This document shows, piece by piece, positions 35,128-44,690 of a stretch of DNA of 64,000 nucleotides. A program made the position numbers and the translations under genes. The DNA lies in assembly GCA_021811735.1 (NCBI GenBank), contig JAJZNK010000052.1, positions 5,803-69,802 on the forward strand, in the 5' to 3' direction. This stretch comes from Nanobdellota archaeon (GTDB taxonomy: Archaea > Nanobdellota > Nanobdellia > Parvarchaeales > Parvarchaeaceae). Below the pieces are notes generated by a model, which was not told the DNA's origin, did not search any database, and was given only the letters and a program-made list of their open reading frames with translations. Within the stretch, counting starts at the first letter, position 1. Every line of letters begins with the position of its first letter.

Positions 35128-35700
35128 TTTAGACTATTAACCGCATCATATTTAAATTTTTCTATGATATCGTATTTACGATATTATATCTCTAGTTTCA
35201 AATGCTTATTTTTATACCTTTAAACTCGTCCAGAATGAATCGTCGTTTTTATTCGAGATTCAAACCAAATGCGGAAAAGAACTCTTGGTATGATTCAATC
35301 TTTCTACAGTGTGCCCATAATGTATATAATCTGTTATGATGTGCCGTATTTTATATGGTGTGGAGAAAATAATAAAGTGCTTTTTATATTTTAGGAGTTA
35401 GTAAGTTTTTTATAAATAAAGATACGATGGATGACAAATATATAAATTAGCATCCACACTATTGTATTTTTTACTGAACTTGAACGTTTCTAGTATCTCA
35501 TTATGAATATTACATCACTCTTAAACTTTTTTTATGATGTTTCTAGTGATAAGCAACGGTTCAGCTGCATTAATTTTGCCAAGTCTCGGAACCAATTCAC
35601 CATTATAAGCGCTACAGTATCTTTACTTATATTGTTATTTACAATCCTTTTTTAATATTTTTTGAGATAGATGTATATACACTAAATTTATAATTAATTA

Positions 35701-36906
35701 ATGAAAAAAAACGCAACCGTGAACAGTACATTCAAGTTTTTTCTTCTTTCCAGAGCTACACGAAGTGTATCTTTGATATTTGTCACGTTATCATTACCGT
35801 TATACCTTTTTGCACTTAATTATGGTATAATCTCCATAGGAATAATCTATTTTGTTATAATGACATTCAACGCTTTGCTGGCTATTCTACTAGGGGCTAT
35901 AGGAGATAGAGTAGGTTATAAAAAAGCTCTTATTATAGGAGAGGTCTTTCCAATAGTGGCTTTGGCTATGCTTGCAATTTCTACAAATTTTTTCGTAATA
36001 ATTTTCGCTGCTGTAATAGGGGGAATAGCAGGCGTCGCAGGTGGAATGAGAGGCGTATTCTCCCCTGGTTCTACAGCGTTGATAGCCAGTAACTGGCAAG
36101 ATCAGAAGGAAAGAATTAAAAAGGTGGCGGAGATGAACTATGTTGGATCTGGATTTGCAATTATAGGCAGTCTGTTACTCTATTCCAGGTCTTTTCTTAT
36201 AGGTTCAGCCGGAACAATAGGAAGTTTCCGGTTACTTTTTGCGCTATCAGCTTTCCTCGTTCTGGTTTCTATGTTTTCATTATTCTTTGTAGAAGAAGTA
36301 AATCGACCAGAAAAAACAACGAAGATAATGAAGACGGAAAGTGCAAAATATTCGCTAAGAATGATGGTCGCCAATTTTTTTAACGGTGTAAGTCTGGGAT
36401 TAGCACTTCCTCTTCTTCCGCTGTGGTTTGAACTCAAATTTGCCGTTCCAATAAGTATGATAGGGATAATCTATACTATGTCTTATATCGCAACTGCAAT
36501 GGGGTCTTATTTTACAGCCAAAAATGCTTACAGAGCGAAATTTTCAATATTATTTATAGCATCTTCTACAAGGACACTTCAAGGGATTATGCTTATGGTT
36601 ATAGCATTTTCACCATTATTTTTTATTTCCTCAGCTTTTTTCATAACAAGATCATTCATCGCCGGATTAGGGTCTCCTTCAAGAAGTGTAATGAATATGA
36701 AAGGAGTCAATTCCCAAGATTATGGTACGGCTTTTAGTTTTATTGGTCTATCTAATCGTTTATCACAGACCAGTACTGGTATAACAGGGTATTTAATGGA
36801 TATATCTTTACCTGTTCCAATTATTTTGGGAGGATTACTGCAGACAATAGGTGGTTTTATTTACTTTAAAGTGCTCTCTCCGAAAAAAAATAGGCCTTAT
36901 AAGTAA
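35701..36906 (+). CDS. MFS transporter
   Basis: About 12 TM helices, with the GAIGDRVGYKK loop motif between TM2 and TM3. Confidence 0.8.
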   Translation: MKKNATVNSTFKFFLLSRATRSVSLIFVTLSLPLYLFALNYGIISIGIIYFVIMTFNALLAILLGAIGDRVGYKKALIIGEVFPIVALAMLAISTNFFVIIFAAVIGGIAGVAGGMRGVFSPGSTALIASNWQDQKERIKKVAEMNYVGSGFAIIGSLLLYSRSFLIGSAGTIGSFRLLFALSAFLVLVSMFSLFFVEEVNRPEKTTKIMKTESAKYSLRMMVANFFNGVSLGLALPLLPLWFELKFAVPISMIGIIYTMSYIATAMGSYFTAKNAYRAKFSILFIASSTRTLQGIMLMVIAFSPLFFISSAFFITRSFIAGLGSPSRSVMNMKGVNSQDYGTAFSFIGLSNRLSQTSTGITGYLMDISLPVPIILGGLLQTIGGFIYFKVLSPKKNRPYK

Positions 36907-36924
36907 GCTGATTTTATAATTAGA

Positions 36925-37491
36925 ATGGGTTTGGATTCTATTCTAGATGTAGCCAAAAGTAGTAAGGGAGAAAAGCATTTAAACTCTTATCTCAAAAAAG
37001 CATCTGAAGGTGTAAAGAATTTTTACAAAACTAATTTGTCGGTTAAATTCAAGCTATTATACGAAAGTGCAGCTATGTTTTCTGATAGAATCTTAACCTT
37101 TCTAGGCATAGAATATAGAGTAAGTAGTGAGTCAAATCCTATCATGGCAAGACTTTTTAATTACGCAGGAGTAATACCTGTGGAGGTGGCCAGTTACATG
37201 GCTGCAAATGTGTTATTGTATTATTTTACCAGCAAGATTCACAAGAAAATAGGATTAAAACCTAGGGAAATGCTTGGTAGCGTATACCTTGGATTGGGCG
37301 GTGCAGAATCGCTTGTTTCATTACACAATTATCTTCTTATAAATAATTATAATGACGCCATTTCCAATATGACATATACTCAGTCATTGTTTCCAATAGG
37401 ATTAATCATAGCAGCGCCGTTTACGTATTATCTCTACAAGGATTACCGTCTCAAAAAAGTAAATAGGGAGAAAAAGGCTCCAAAAATATGA
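36925..37491 (+). CDS. Membrane protein, unknown function (possibly DUF5658-like)
   Basis: 188 aa with SDRILTFLG...ESNPIM followed by TM helices. The family assignment is tentative. Confidence 0.5.
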   Translation: MGLDSILDVAKSSKGEKHLNSYLKKASEGVKNFYKTNLSVKFKLLYESAAMFSDRILTFLGIEYRVSSESNPIMARLFNYAGVIPVEVASYMAANVLLYYFTSKIHKKIGLKPREMLGSVYLGLGGAESLVSLHNYLLINNYNDAISNMTYTQSLFPIGLIIAAPFTYYLYKDYRLKKVNREKKAPKI

Positions 37492-37551
37492 AAATGTATT
37501 CTTACTTAATGGTTAGTAAGGGTATATAAGCCAATAACTAGTATCGTTGAT

Positions 37552-38193
37552 ATGGTGTTTGTAGATTCACTGTCTCTAGAACTGTTTACGCTTGCACTTG
37601 TCGGAGCACTTATCGATTACGTTGTTATAGGGATGTACAAAGACTATAGGGCAAAGTACGTTAAAAAATCCGCTCCGAAAATAAATGTTGAATCACGTCT
37701 TGAAGATTCCGTTTTTATATTGGGGTCAATAACCTTATTTATACTTGTCATGGGATTTTATGGCGAAATGACCTGGAATTTGCCAGGAGCATACAACCTT
37801 CTCTTCTATGATCCATATATAATGTTGGGGATAATATTGCTGGGACTTGTAATGTCAGTAAAACATAAGCACAAACTACAATACGTCGGACTTATCGCTT
37901 TATTTACAGGATTTATACTTGTAGAATATGGAATAGCAGGGTATAACTTACATTATACTCAGTCTCCGCTGGACTTGCTAGGATTATATCTTTCGTTTGG
38001 ACTTGCAGGAATCTTCGCATATCCTATGACTCTAATAATCGATAAATACAGAGCAAACGGTGGTAATAAGCCACTACCGGGAAAATGGATAGTCTGGATA
38101 ATATTGTTTCTTATATTTATGACCTTGGGCGTGGGTTTGGCAGCGTTTACTGGGGCAACATCGATACTTTCACACCTAGCAGTCCCACCTTAA
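37552..38193 (+). CDS. Polytopic membrane protein, unknown function
   Basis: 213 aa with about 6 TM helices. Confidence 0.55.
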   Translation: MVFVDSLSLELFTLALVGALIDYVVIGMYKDYRAKYVKKSAPKINVESRLEDSVFILGSITLFILVMGFYGEMTWNLPGAYNLLFYDPYIMLGIILLGLVMSVKHKHKLQYVGLIALFTGFILVEYGIAGYNLHYTQSPLDLLGLYLSFGLAGIFAYPMTLIIDKYRANGGNKPLPGKWIVWIILFLIFMTLGVGLAAFTGATSILSHLAVPP

Positions 38194-38254
38194 ACTACCT
38201 CTCCTTATAGCGTTTGAAAGTTTTCTATAAATATAATGAGTCATATAAGTTACC

Positions 38255-39103
38255 ATGGAGATGAAGGAGTTTAATAATATTCATCAAAAAATTTCTATAC
38301 TTGGGGTTGGCACATGGGAATTGAGTGAAAATGTGTCCGAAAACGTAAAAGCAATAAAGTACGCTCTGGACAACGGTGTTAATTTTATTGACACTGCAGA
38401 GATATACAACACCGAACCTATAGTTGCACAGGCGATAAAAGGATATGACCGAGAAAAATTGTTTATAGCAAGCAAAGTCTGGCCAACGCACTTTCATTAC
38501 GATGACATTCTAAAGGCATGTGAAAGTAGCCTCAAAAATCTGGGAACAAGTTATCTAGACCTTTATCAGTTACACTGGCCTAATAAGTCCATAAATATAA
38601 GAGAGACGGTAAGTGCAATGGAAAAACTGGTCAAAGATGGTAAAATAAGGAATATAGGGATAAGCAATTTTTCGCTCGAGGAAATGAAAGACGCCGTGTC
38701 TGTAATGTCAAAATATGAACTTGCATCGAATCAAGTGGAATACAGTTTGGTCACAAGAGATGTAGAGAGTGACGGAATTTTTGATTACTGCAAGGAGAAT
38801 AAGATATCCCTTATAGCATACAGTCCGCTTTCACATGGAAAGATATTCAAAAATGATGGATTGGTAGCAGATATCTCGTCTATAGGTAAGAAATATGGAA
38901 AAAGCCCGGCACAGATAGCTATAAGTTGGCTTCTTCACAAAGAAAACACTTTCCCAATCCCTAAAGCAAGTAATTTAAGACATATGGCAGAAAATATCGA
39001 AGCGATTAATATCAAACTTACTATGGAAGACCTGTCATTTCTTTCGGAACTTGAACAAAAATATCACTTCGAGCCAATTTCGAAAACGCATAAAAAAACA
39101 TGA
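38255..39103 (+). CDS. Aldo/keto reductase
   Basis: GVGTWE, NFIDTAEIY, LDLYQLHWP and IGISNF motifs. Confidence 0.92.
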   Translation: MEMKEFNNIHQKISILGVGTWELSENVSENVKAIKYALDNGVNFIDTAEIYNTEPIVAQAIKGYDREKLFIASKVWPTHFHYDDILKACESSLKNLGTSYLDLYQLHWPNKSINIRETVSAMEKLVKDGKIRNIGISNFSLEEMKDAVSVMSKYELASNQVEYSLVTRDVESDGIFDYCKENKISLIAYSPLSHGKIFKNDGLVADISSIGKKYGKSPAQIAISWLLHKENTFPIPKASNLRHMAENIEAINIKLTMEDLSFLSELEQKYHFEPISKTHKKT

Positions 39104-39181
39104 AGACTGTGTAAATAACTATAATTTTGGGCGATAATGGTCCAATTAAAGACATAAAAATAAACAAATGAATAAGTAACC

Positions 39182-39532
39182 ATGGAATGCAAAACCCTAA
39201 ATTTTTTAAATATACTCGGTAAAAAATGGGATGCGACCGTCCTAGAAGAGATAGGTGGTGAAGATGGTATAAACTTTGACAAATTAGTAAGTATGAATCC
39301 GAATATTTACCCTAAAACACTTGATAAGGCATTGAAGGATTTGGTTAACAATGGACTTGTAAACAAAAAGATATTCTATTTAAATAAAATAAAGCATAGT
39401 CAGTATTCGATCACTTCTTTGGGAAAACGGCTACTTGCTTCATTTGAGACTTTCAAAAATGTGAACTGCTTGGACAGCACGAACCAGGTTAAACAGTGTG
39501 GAGACTGTGAATCCGGCCCAAACAAACTATGA
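39182..39532 (+). CDS. HxlR-type winged-helix transcriptional regulator
   Basis: C..LNFLNILGKKWDATVLEEI...FDKL...IYPKTLDKALKDLVNNGLVNKK fits the HxlR pattern. Confidence 0.7.
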   Translation: MECKTLNFLNILGKKWDATVLEEIGGEDGINFDKLVSMNPNIYPKTLDKALKDLVNNGLVNKKIFYLNKIKHSQYSITSLGKRLLASFETFKNVNCLDSTNQVKQCGDCESGPNKL

Positions 39533-39586
39533 TACTAACTACACAGTTACCTAAAACTATAAAAATAATATCAATAGTATAAAATT

Positions 39587-41047
39587 ATGAACAATAACCG
39601 CGATAAAGCTCAATCTAGCGGACAAAACGGTTTAAGAGAGCTATTAAGGCCACTATCAGGATTATTACAAGATCAGTATATAAAATATGTTCCTTCCTAC
39701 GGTAACAGCTTTTTCTTTACAATAGGGATTTATCTGCTGGAACTTTTTGTCATATTGGCTCTAACTGGTATAATAATGGTTATATTCGGACCTTATTGGT
39801 GGGATACTACTGCGATAGGAACTTTATTCAGGAGTATCCATTTATGGGCAGCAGAGGCATTCGTAACCCTGATGTTCATTCATTTACTAGTGAATTTTTC
39901 CACATCCGCCTTTAGGAAAAAGAAACTAGTGTGGGTTATAGGCAGTATTCTTCTTCTACTTGTACTTTTTGAATTTGCATTTGGAGTTGGAGTGGAAGGT
40001 GGTCTGGTCTCACAATGGAATGATAAGGCTGGCGCAGATTTGTGGAACGGGATGGGGCTAGGTTTCTGGCTGAATCCGTTAAACCAAGGTGCGGTGTTTG
40101 GTTGGCACATTGCAATCTTTCCAATTTTACTTGCTTTAATGATTTTTATGCATTACTCACTTGTAAAAAAGAGTGGTTTGAGCAAACCTTACAGAAAGGA
40201 TATACCATATAAGATGGTAAATGCAGATCATAAAAAAATGTATAGGAGAATGATTTACATTTTCGTAATGGTGCTTATTTTTTCATTTGTATTTAGTTCC
40301 CCATATATAGCACCACTTACAATAAGTCAAGTGGCACATTCAAATCCCTCAAATATAGCGACTACTTTGCTGCAAGAATATAATTTCTCATCTGGAACGG
40401 CTACGTACACTAACACTGTAAACCCATACGTTTTCAGCACAAGAGATGTTTATTTTATCACACCATATTCTGAATATGTTACATTTTCAAATAAAACGAA
40501 TGAGTTATTAGCCTACGATGCAGAAAATAGCTCCGTCCAAGGACAAAATTTTATAAGTGCATACAGTTACTTTGCCAATAATGGCTCAATTTTAAAAGCC
40601 TTAAGTTCAACAAATCCATTAATAGTGGCCACAGCACAGCTTACTGAGATGGCACAGAGTGGCGAATACCAATTAGTAATCCAAAATGAAAGTGCAAGTG
40701 GGCTTGATGAAACTTACGTTCTAAGGTTCCTATACGACACCGGTTCACTTGCTATAGCAGCCAAGAGTTTTGGATTGAGAACTTCACAGTTCGGAATGCT
40801 TAAAGTTGGTGCTCCACCGTGGTCGGTACAATACTGGTTGATACCTTATAATATACTAGAATTAACCACATCAAATATATCTTGGTGGGGAGATTTAGAA
40901 AATGGATTAACCGCAATGACGATTTTCCTTATTTTGATGCTGTTCCCATTTATACCTGGACTAAGAGACTTACCAGATAAATTAAAGATGTATAAACTGT
41001 TCTGGAACAAATACACGAATCCAGAAATGCGTAAAATAAAGAAGTAA
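39587..41047 (+). CDS. Di-haem cytochrome b (bc-complex type) with a long non-canonical C-terminal region
   Basis: Two His pairs are spaced 14 residues apart in TM helices (SIHLWAAEAFVTLMFIH and WHIAIFPILLALMIFMH). A mostly hydrophilic segment of about 230 aa follows, then a final TM helix. Confidence 0.8.
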   Translation: MNNNRDKAQSSGQNGLRELLRPLSGLLQDQYIKYVPSYGNSFFFTIGIYLLELFVILALTGIIMVIFGPYWWDTTAIGTLFRSIHLWAAEAFVTLMFIHLLVNFSTSAFRKKKLVWVIGSILLLLVLFEFAFGVGVEGGLVSQWNDKAGADLWNGMGLGFWLNPLNQGAVFGWHIAIFPILLALMIFMHYSLVKKSGLSKPYRKDIPYKMVNADHKKMYRRMIYIFVMVLIFSFVFSSPYIAPLTISQVAHSNPSNIATTLLQEYNFSSGTATYTNTVNPYVFSTRDVYFITPYSEYVTFSNKTNELLAYDAENSSVQGQNFISAYSYFANNGSILKALSSTNPLIVATAQLTEMAQSGEYQLVIQNESASGLDETYVLRFLYDTGSLAIAAKSFGLRTSQFGMLKVGAPPWSVQYWLIPYNILELTTSNISWWGDLENGLTAMTIFLILMLFPFIPGLRDLPDKLKMYKLFWNKYTNPEMRKIKK

Positions 41048-41059
41048 TCCGATTTTAGA

Positions 41060-41647
41060 TTATTTCCAAATGTTTATTATATTATCAGTGCTTAGAACAT
41101 CGAAAAGTTTTTTCATGTTCAAAAGAGACCGTTCATGTGCTTCTTTATCACTAGAGGATGAAGAGTCCGAGCATACAACTGTATAAAACCCCCTATTTCC
41201 AGAGTCTCTTGCTGTTGATTCCACCCCTATTTCAGTCGCTATGCCTGCTATAACCAACGTTTCAATACCAGCATTTCGAATCATTAATTCGAAATTAGTA
41301 CCTATAAAAATGCTTGCAGTGTTTTTATTTATTATTATCTCATTTTCCTTCGGCAGCACCGTCAATTCGAACATTTCCTTTGGTATTTGTGACAGCCTAA
41401 ATTTCATTTTACTTGATGAATATTTTCTCGATGGAGATTCAAATTCTGTGGGCAGAGGAGTTATTTTTGTAAAGAATACTGGAATTTTCTTTTCCCTCGC
41501 TACGGTTATTAATTTCTCAAGATTTAATAAGAAATCCTCTTTATTATATAAATTATTTACTAGCATTTTCTGTACATCCCATACAATTAGAGCAGTGTGA
41601 TTAGGATCAATCACCTCATTTATCTCACTGTAAACTTTTCTTTCCAT
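41060..41647 (-). CDS. Isochorismatase-family hydrolase
   Basis: ALIVWDVQ and GIATEIGVESTARD. The position usually held by the catalytic Cys (..CVEST..) is Gly here. From memory this also occurs in PhzD/EntB-type members. Confidence 0.8.
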   Translation of the reverse strand: MERKVYSEINEVIDPNHTALIVWDVQKMLVNNLYNKEDFLLNLEKLITVAREKKIPVFFTKITPLPTEFESPSRKYSSSKMKFRLSQIPKEMFELTVLPKENEIIINKNTASIFIGTNFELMIRNAGIETLVIAGIATEIGVESTARDSGNRGFYTVVCSDSSSSSDKEAHERSLLNMKKLFDVLSTDNIINIWK

Positions 41648-41775
41648 TTACGGTGTAATACTGCAAGATTTATAAAGTTTTTTAGTCGGTGTTGTAAAAT
41701 TACTTGTATTATATCATTTTTGCTATTCGTTAGCCATACTACAAAATTTTAATAATATGCCAAATTAAATATAAG

Positions 41776-44505
41776 ATGGATTTAACAAAAAACATACTTA
41801 TAAAAGCCAACCCAGGAACCGGTAAAACGACATCTCTTGCAGACAGAGTCATTGAACTTATAAAAAACGGAGTAGATGAAAATGAGATACTTTGCCTGAC
41901 ATTTACAAATAAAGCAGTTGATGAAATGTTTGATAAGATAACTTCTAAATTCGTGCAAAATGGGATAGGAGTAGCAAGAATAAATAATTTAGGTATATCG
42001 ACTTTTCACAGTTTTTGTAACAATTACTTTTCGGAAGAAGGTAGGGGCTATGAACTTGTAAGCAATAATTTCATAAGATTTGCTATCTATAAAAGCCTAG
42101 AGAAAAACAATGCATTTAATTATGAAAGAGATTACATAGTGCAGGATTTAATACCAAAAATAGAAAATTCGATAAGATACATAAAAAGCTTTAACGTGTT
42201 TCCAAGCAGAATAGACCTAACAGCAACAAAGGGAGACTTAATGAATAGTTCTTTTCTTGAAAATATGAGTGGGATACGTGTTGATGAAATATTGGCATTC
42301 TTGGATTATTTTATAACAGCATTCGAAGATTATGAACGAGACAAAGGTGATAAAAAAATAGATTATAATGACCTATTAAGTAAATTTTTGATAGAATATG
42401 ATCCATTGAAAAAGCACTATAAATATGTACTCGTTGACGAGTTACAGGATCTAAACGACGTCGAAGCGGCTATAGCGCGTATGTTAGGAGATTATCTCTT
42501 CTTAGTAGGGGACAGGAAACAATCTATATTCGGATTTCAAGGAGGGAGTTTAAAAAATTTTATGGAATTAGAGAAATTACCAAACCTGGAAAAAAGTACG
42601 AAGACTCTGAACTATAGAAGTTATAATCGAATATTGGACTATTCTAAGAATTATTTTCTTAGTAAGACAAAGGACAAAACTTACAATGAAGAACTAAATG
42701 ATTTTAGAGGTAATCTTGGCGCTGGTGGAGAAGTATTGCAGATTGTCGGGAGCAATGTTAATAATATTGCAGTTAAGCATGCAATGGATTTGCTTTACAA
42801 TGGTAAAAAAGTTGCAATAATTTCAAGGACAAATGAACAGATATTGGACATATCAAGGCTACTAGATGCGAAAAATCTGAAATATGCAACAACTACAAGT
42901 GCATCTGTGTCTCAAAGAGCCAAAAATTCGGTTATAGATTTTATAAAAGGATTATTTTATAGAGATGAAAGAGACATCTTGAAGGCACTTTTCACACCAT
43001 TCTCGGGTATACCTCTAAGAAAAGCATTTGAAATTGAAGAAAAACTCAGAAAAAAAGAGATAACTTTTGATGAGGTGAAGAGACTGGCAAAACCATTTTT
43101 TGACAGCCTTCAAAAATCATTCGATATTTATGGTATAAATAAGGTTTTCAATGAGATAATACTTCCCATCTCTATGGCACTGGATAAGGATTATTATATA
43201 AGTGCGTCGGCAATTCTTGAAAATTTGAATGACTATTTTGGAAACGCGGATATACCCAATTTAGATGATATGTTGATATATCTTTCTGCAGCAGAGGATA
43301 GTTACCAGTCCGATAACACTGAGGAGAACTTGATCCTGACAACCGTCCATAAGGCAAAGGGACTGGAATTTGACAACGTTATTTACATACCAAAAAAACA
43401 AAACACTCGAACAAGCTTTATCGATCTGATAACAAATTCTATAATAAAACAGGCGAAGGGAGTGGATGTAAAGGAAGAACTATCCGAAGAAAGTATACGT
43501 GTAGACTTCGTTGCATTTACACGCGCAAAGGAGCGGCTTTTGGTTGTTACCAACCCTGTTATTTCAGAGGATTACTATATAGAAGGATTTATCGATAAAA
43601 AGTATGAAGAAATAGAAGACGAACCAGCACCATATAAAAAAAGATATGAGGAAGCGTATTCTCTTTTTGTTAATAAGGAATATGAGGATTCAAAGAAAGC
43701 TTTAGAGGATGAAAACAGGTGGCTATCAGAAAGAATTTATAATTATTTCCAGAATAGCTTGAAAAAGCTTTCTTTTTCGCTTATAGATGCCGCTCAAGAC
43801 CCGACAAGTTTCGTAAAAAGTCATATATTAGGAATAAAGGAAAAAACCACAAGCATAAACTTTGGATCGAGAGTACATGACATAGCAGAGGACTATTTTA
43901 AAAATATTTTAAAGGAGGAAGAACTAGGAACGAATGAGATAAAGGCGCTTGAAAACATAAGAAACGTGATTGGTGAGATAAAAACAAAATATGGTGCTGA
44001 ACAAATTGATTCCGAAAAATCAATAGAACTTCCATTAGAAGCAATATTTCCGGATTTAAAAGAACATATGATGTTTACAGGTAAACTTGATGCTATTTTC
44101 TTAAACAAAGAGAAGAATAAATTATTAATAATAGACTTCAAAACAGACAGATCTGATGAAAACGGTTCAAAACATAGAAGACAACTTGCACTTTACAGGA
44201 GAATGCTTGCGATTGAGAAGAAAATAGACGAGAAAAATATAGACACTGCCATCGCATACATAAATCTGACAGGAAAAATAAACACTGGAAAATTTGACTG
44301 GAAGCTGGACACTCGTAAAGTTAAGGACTCACAAATGGAAACGATACAAAAACACATCATGCAACTGTTCGAATACAAAGAAAATCCGGAAAAATTAATA
44401 GAAAAATTAATAGAAAAACATTATTATTCTGACAGCCTGGGTGAAGAAATTTTCAATAGACTAAATTACGAATATGGACACTCGAAACATTATGATAACA
44501 AATGA
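41776..44505 (+). CDS. UvrD/Rep-type SF1 helicase fused to a C-terminal PD-(D/E)xK (RecB-like) nuclease domain
   Basis: Helicase motifs ANPGTGKTT, VLVDELQDLN, LVGDRKQSIFGFQG, LNYRS, TVHKAKGLEFDNVIY and FVAFTRAKERLLVV. Nuclease motifs GKLDAIF...LLIIDFKTD...RRQLALYRRM. Confidence 0.85.
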   Translation: MDLTKNILIKANPGTGKTTSLADRVIELIKNGVDENEILCLTFTNKAVDEMFDKITSKFVQNGIGVARINNLGISTFHSFCNNYFSEEGRGYELVSNNFIRFAIYKSLEKNNAFNYERDYIVQDLIPKIENSIRYIKSFNVFPSRIDLTATKGDLMNSSFLENMSGIRVDEILAFLDYFITAFEDYERDKGDKKIDYNDLLSKFLIEYDPLKKHYKYVLVDELQDLNDVEAAIARMLGDYLFLVGDRKQSIFGFQGGSLKNFMELEKLPNLEKSTKTLNYRSYNRILDYSKNYFLSKTKDKTYNEELNDFRGNLGAGGEVLQIVGSNVNNIAVKHAMDLLYNGKKVAIISRTNEQILDISRLLDAKNLKYATTTSASVSQRAKNSVIDFIKGLFYRDERDILKALFTPFSGIPLRKAFEIEEKLRKKEITFDEVKRLAKPFFDSLQKSFDIYGINKVFNEIILPISMALDKDYYISASAILENLNDYFGNADIPNLDDMLIYLSAAEDSYQSDNTEENLILTTVHKAKGLEFDNVIYIPKKQNTRTSFIDLITNSIIKQAKGVDVKEELSEESIRVDFVAFTRAKERLLVVTNPVISEDYYIEGFIDKKYEEIEDEPAPYKKRYEEAYSLFVNKEYEDSKKALEDENRWLSERIYNYFQNSLKKLSFSLIDAAQDPTSFVKSHILGIKEKTTSINFGSRVHDIAEDYFKNILKEEELGTNEIKALENIRNVIGEIKTKYGAEQIDSEKSIELPLEAIFPDLKEHMMFTGKLDAIFLNKEKNKLLIIDFKTDRSDENGSKHRRQLALYRRMLAIEKKIDEKNIDTAIAYINLTGKINTGKFDWKLDTRKVKDSQMETIQKHIMQLFEYKENPEKLIEKLIEKHYYSDSLGEEIFNRLNYEYGHSKHYDNK

Positions 44506-44686
44506 GGATTATTTTTACGCATTTTTTGCTGCAGTGATATCGTTTTTTATAGGTTTCTTACTAGTCTTTCTGGTTTATCCTAATTATTTTCAACATGACC
44601 CTTCGAGTCTAGTCATAGCACTTGTAATTTTTATTGAAGTAACCATCTTTTCAGTTTTATTTTTTATTATGCGAAAAAAACGTTAA
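44474..44686 (+). CDS. Small two-TM membrane protein
   Basis: 70-aa ORF with two hydrophobic helices and a basic C-terminus. It overlaps the helicase 3' end by 32 nt. Confidence 0.4.
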   Translation: MDTRNIMITNEDYFYAFFAAVISFFIGFLLVFLVYPNYFQHDPSSLVIALVIFIEVTIFSVLFFIMRKKR

Positions 44687-44690
44687 ATCT

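Noticed and set aside
35330-35580. C/D box sRNA candidates (AUGAUGU strings at ~35334 and ~35534; also ~18764 near tRNA-Arg).
   Set aside because: There is no CUGA D or D' box at the ~12-nt guide spacing and no terminal pairing, and the last C-box base differs from consensus.
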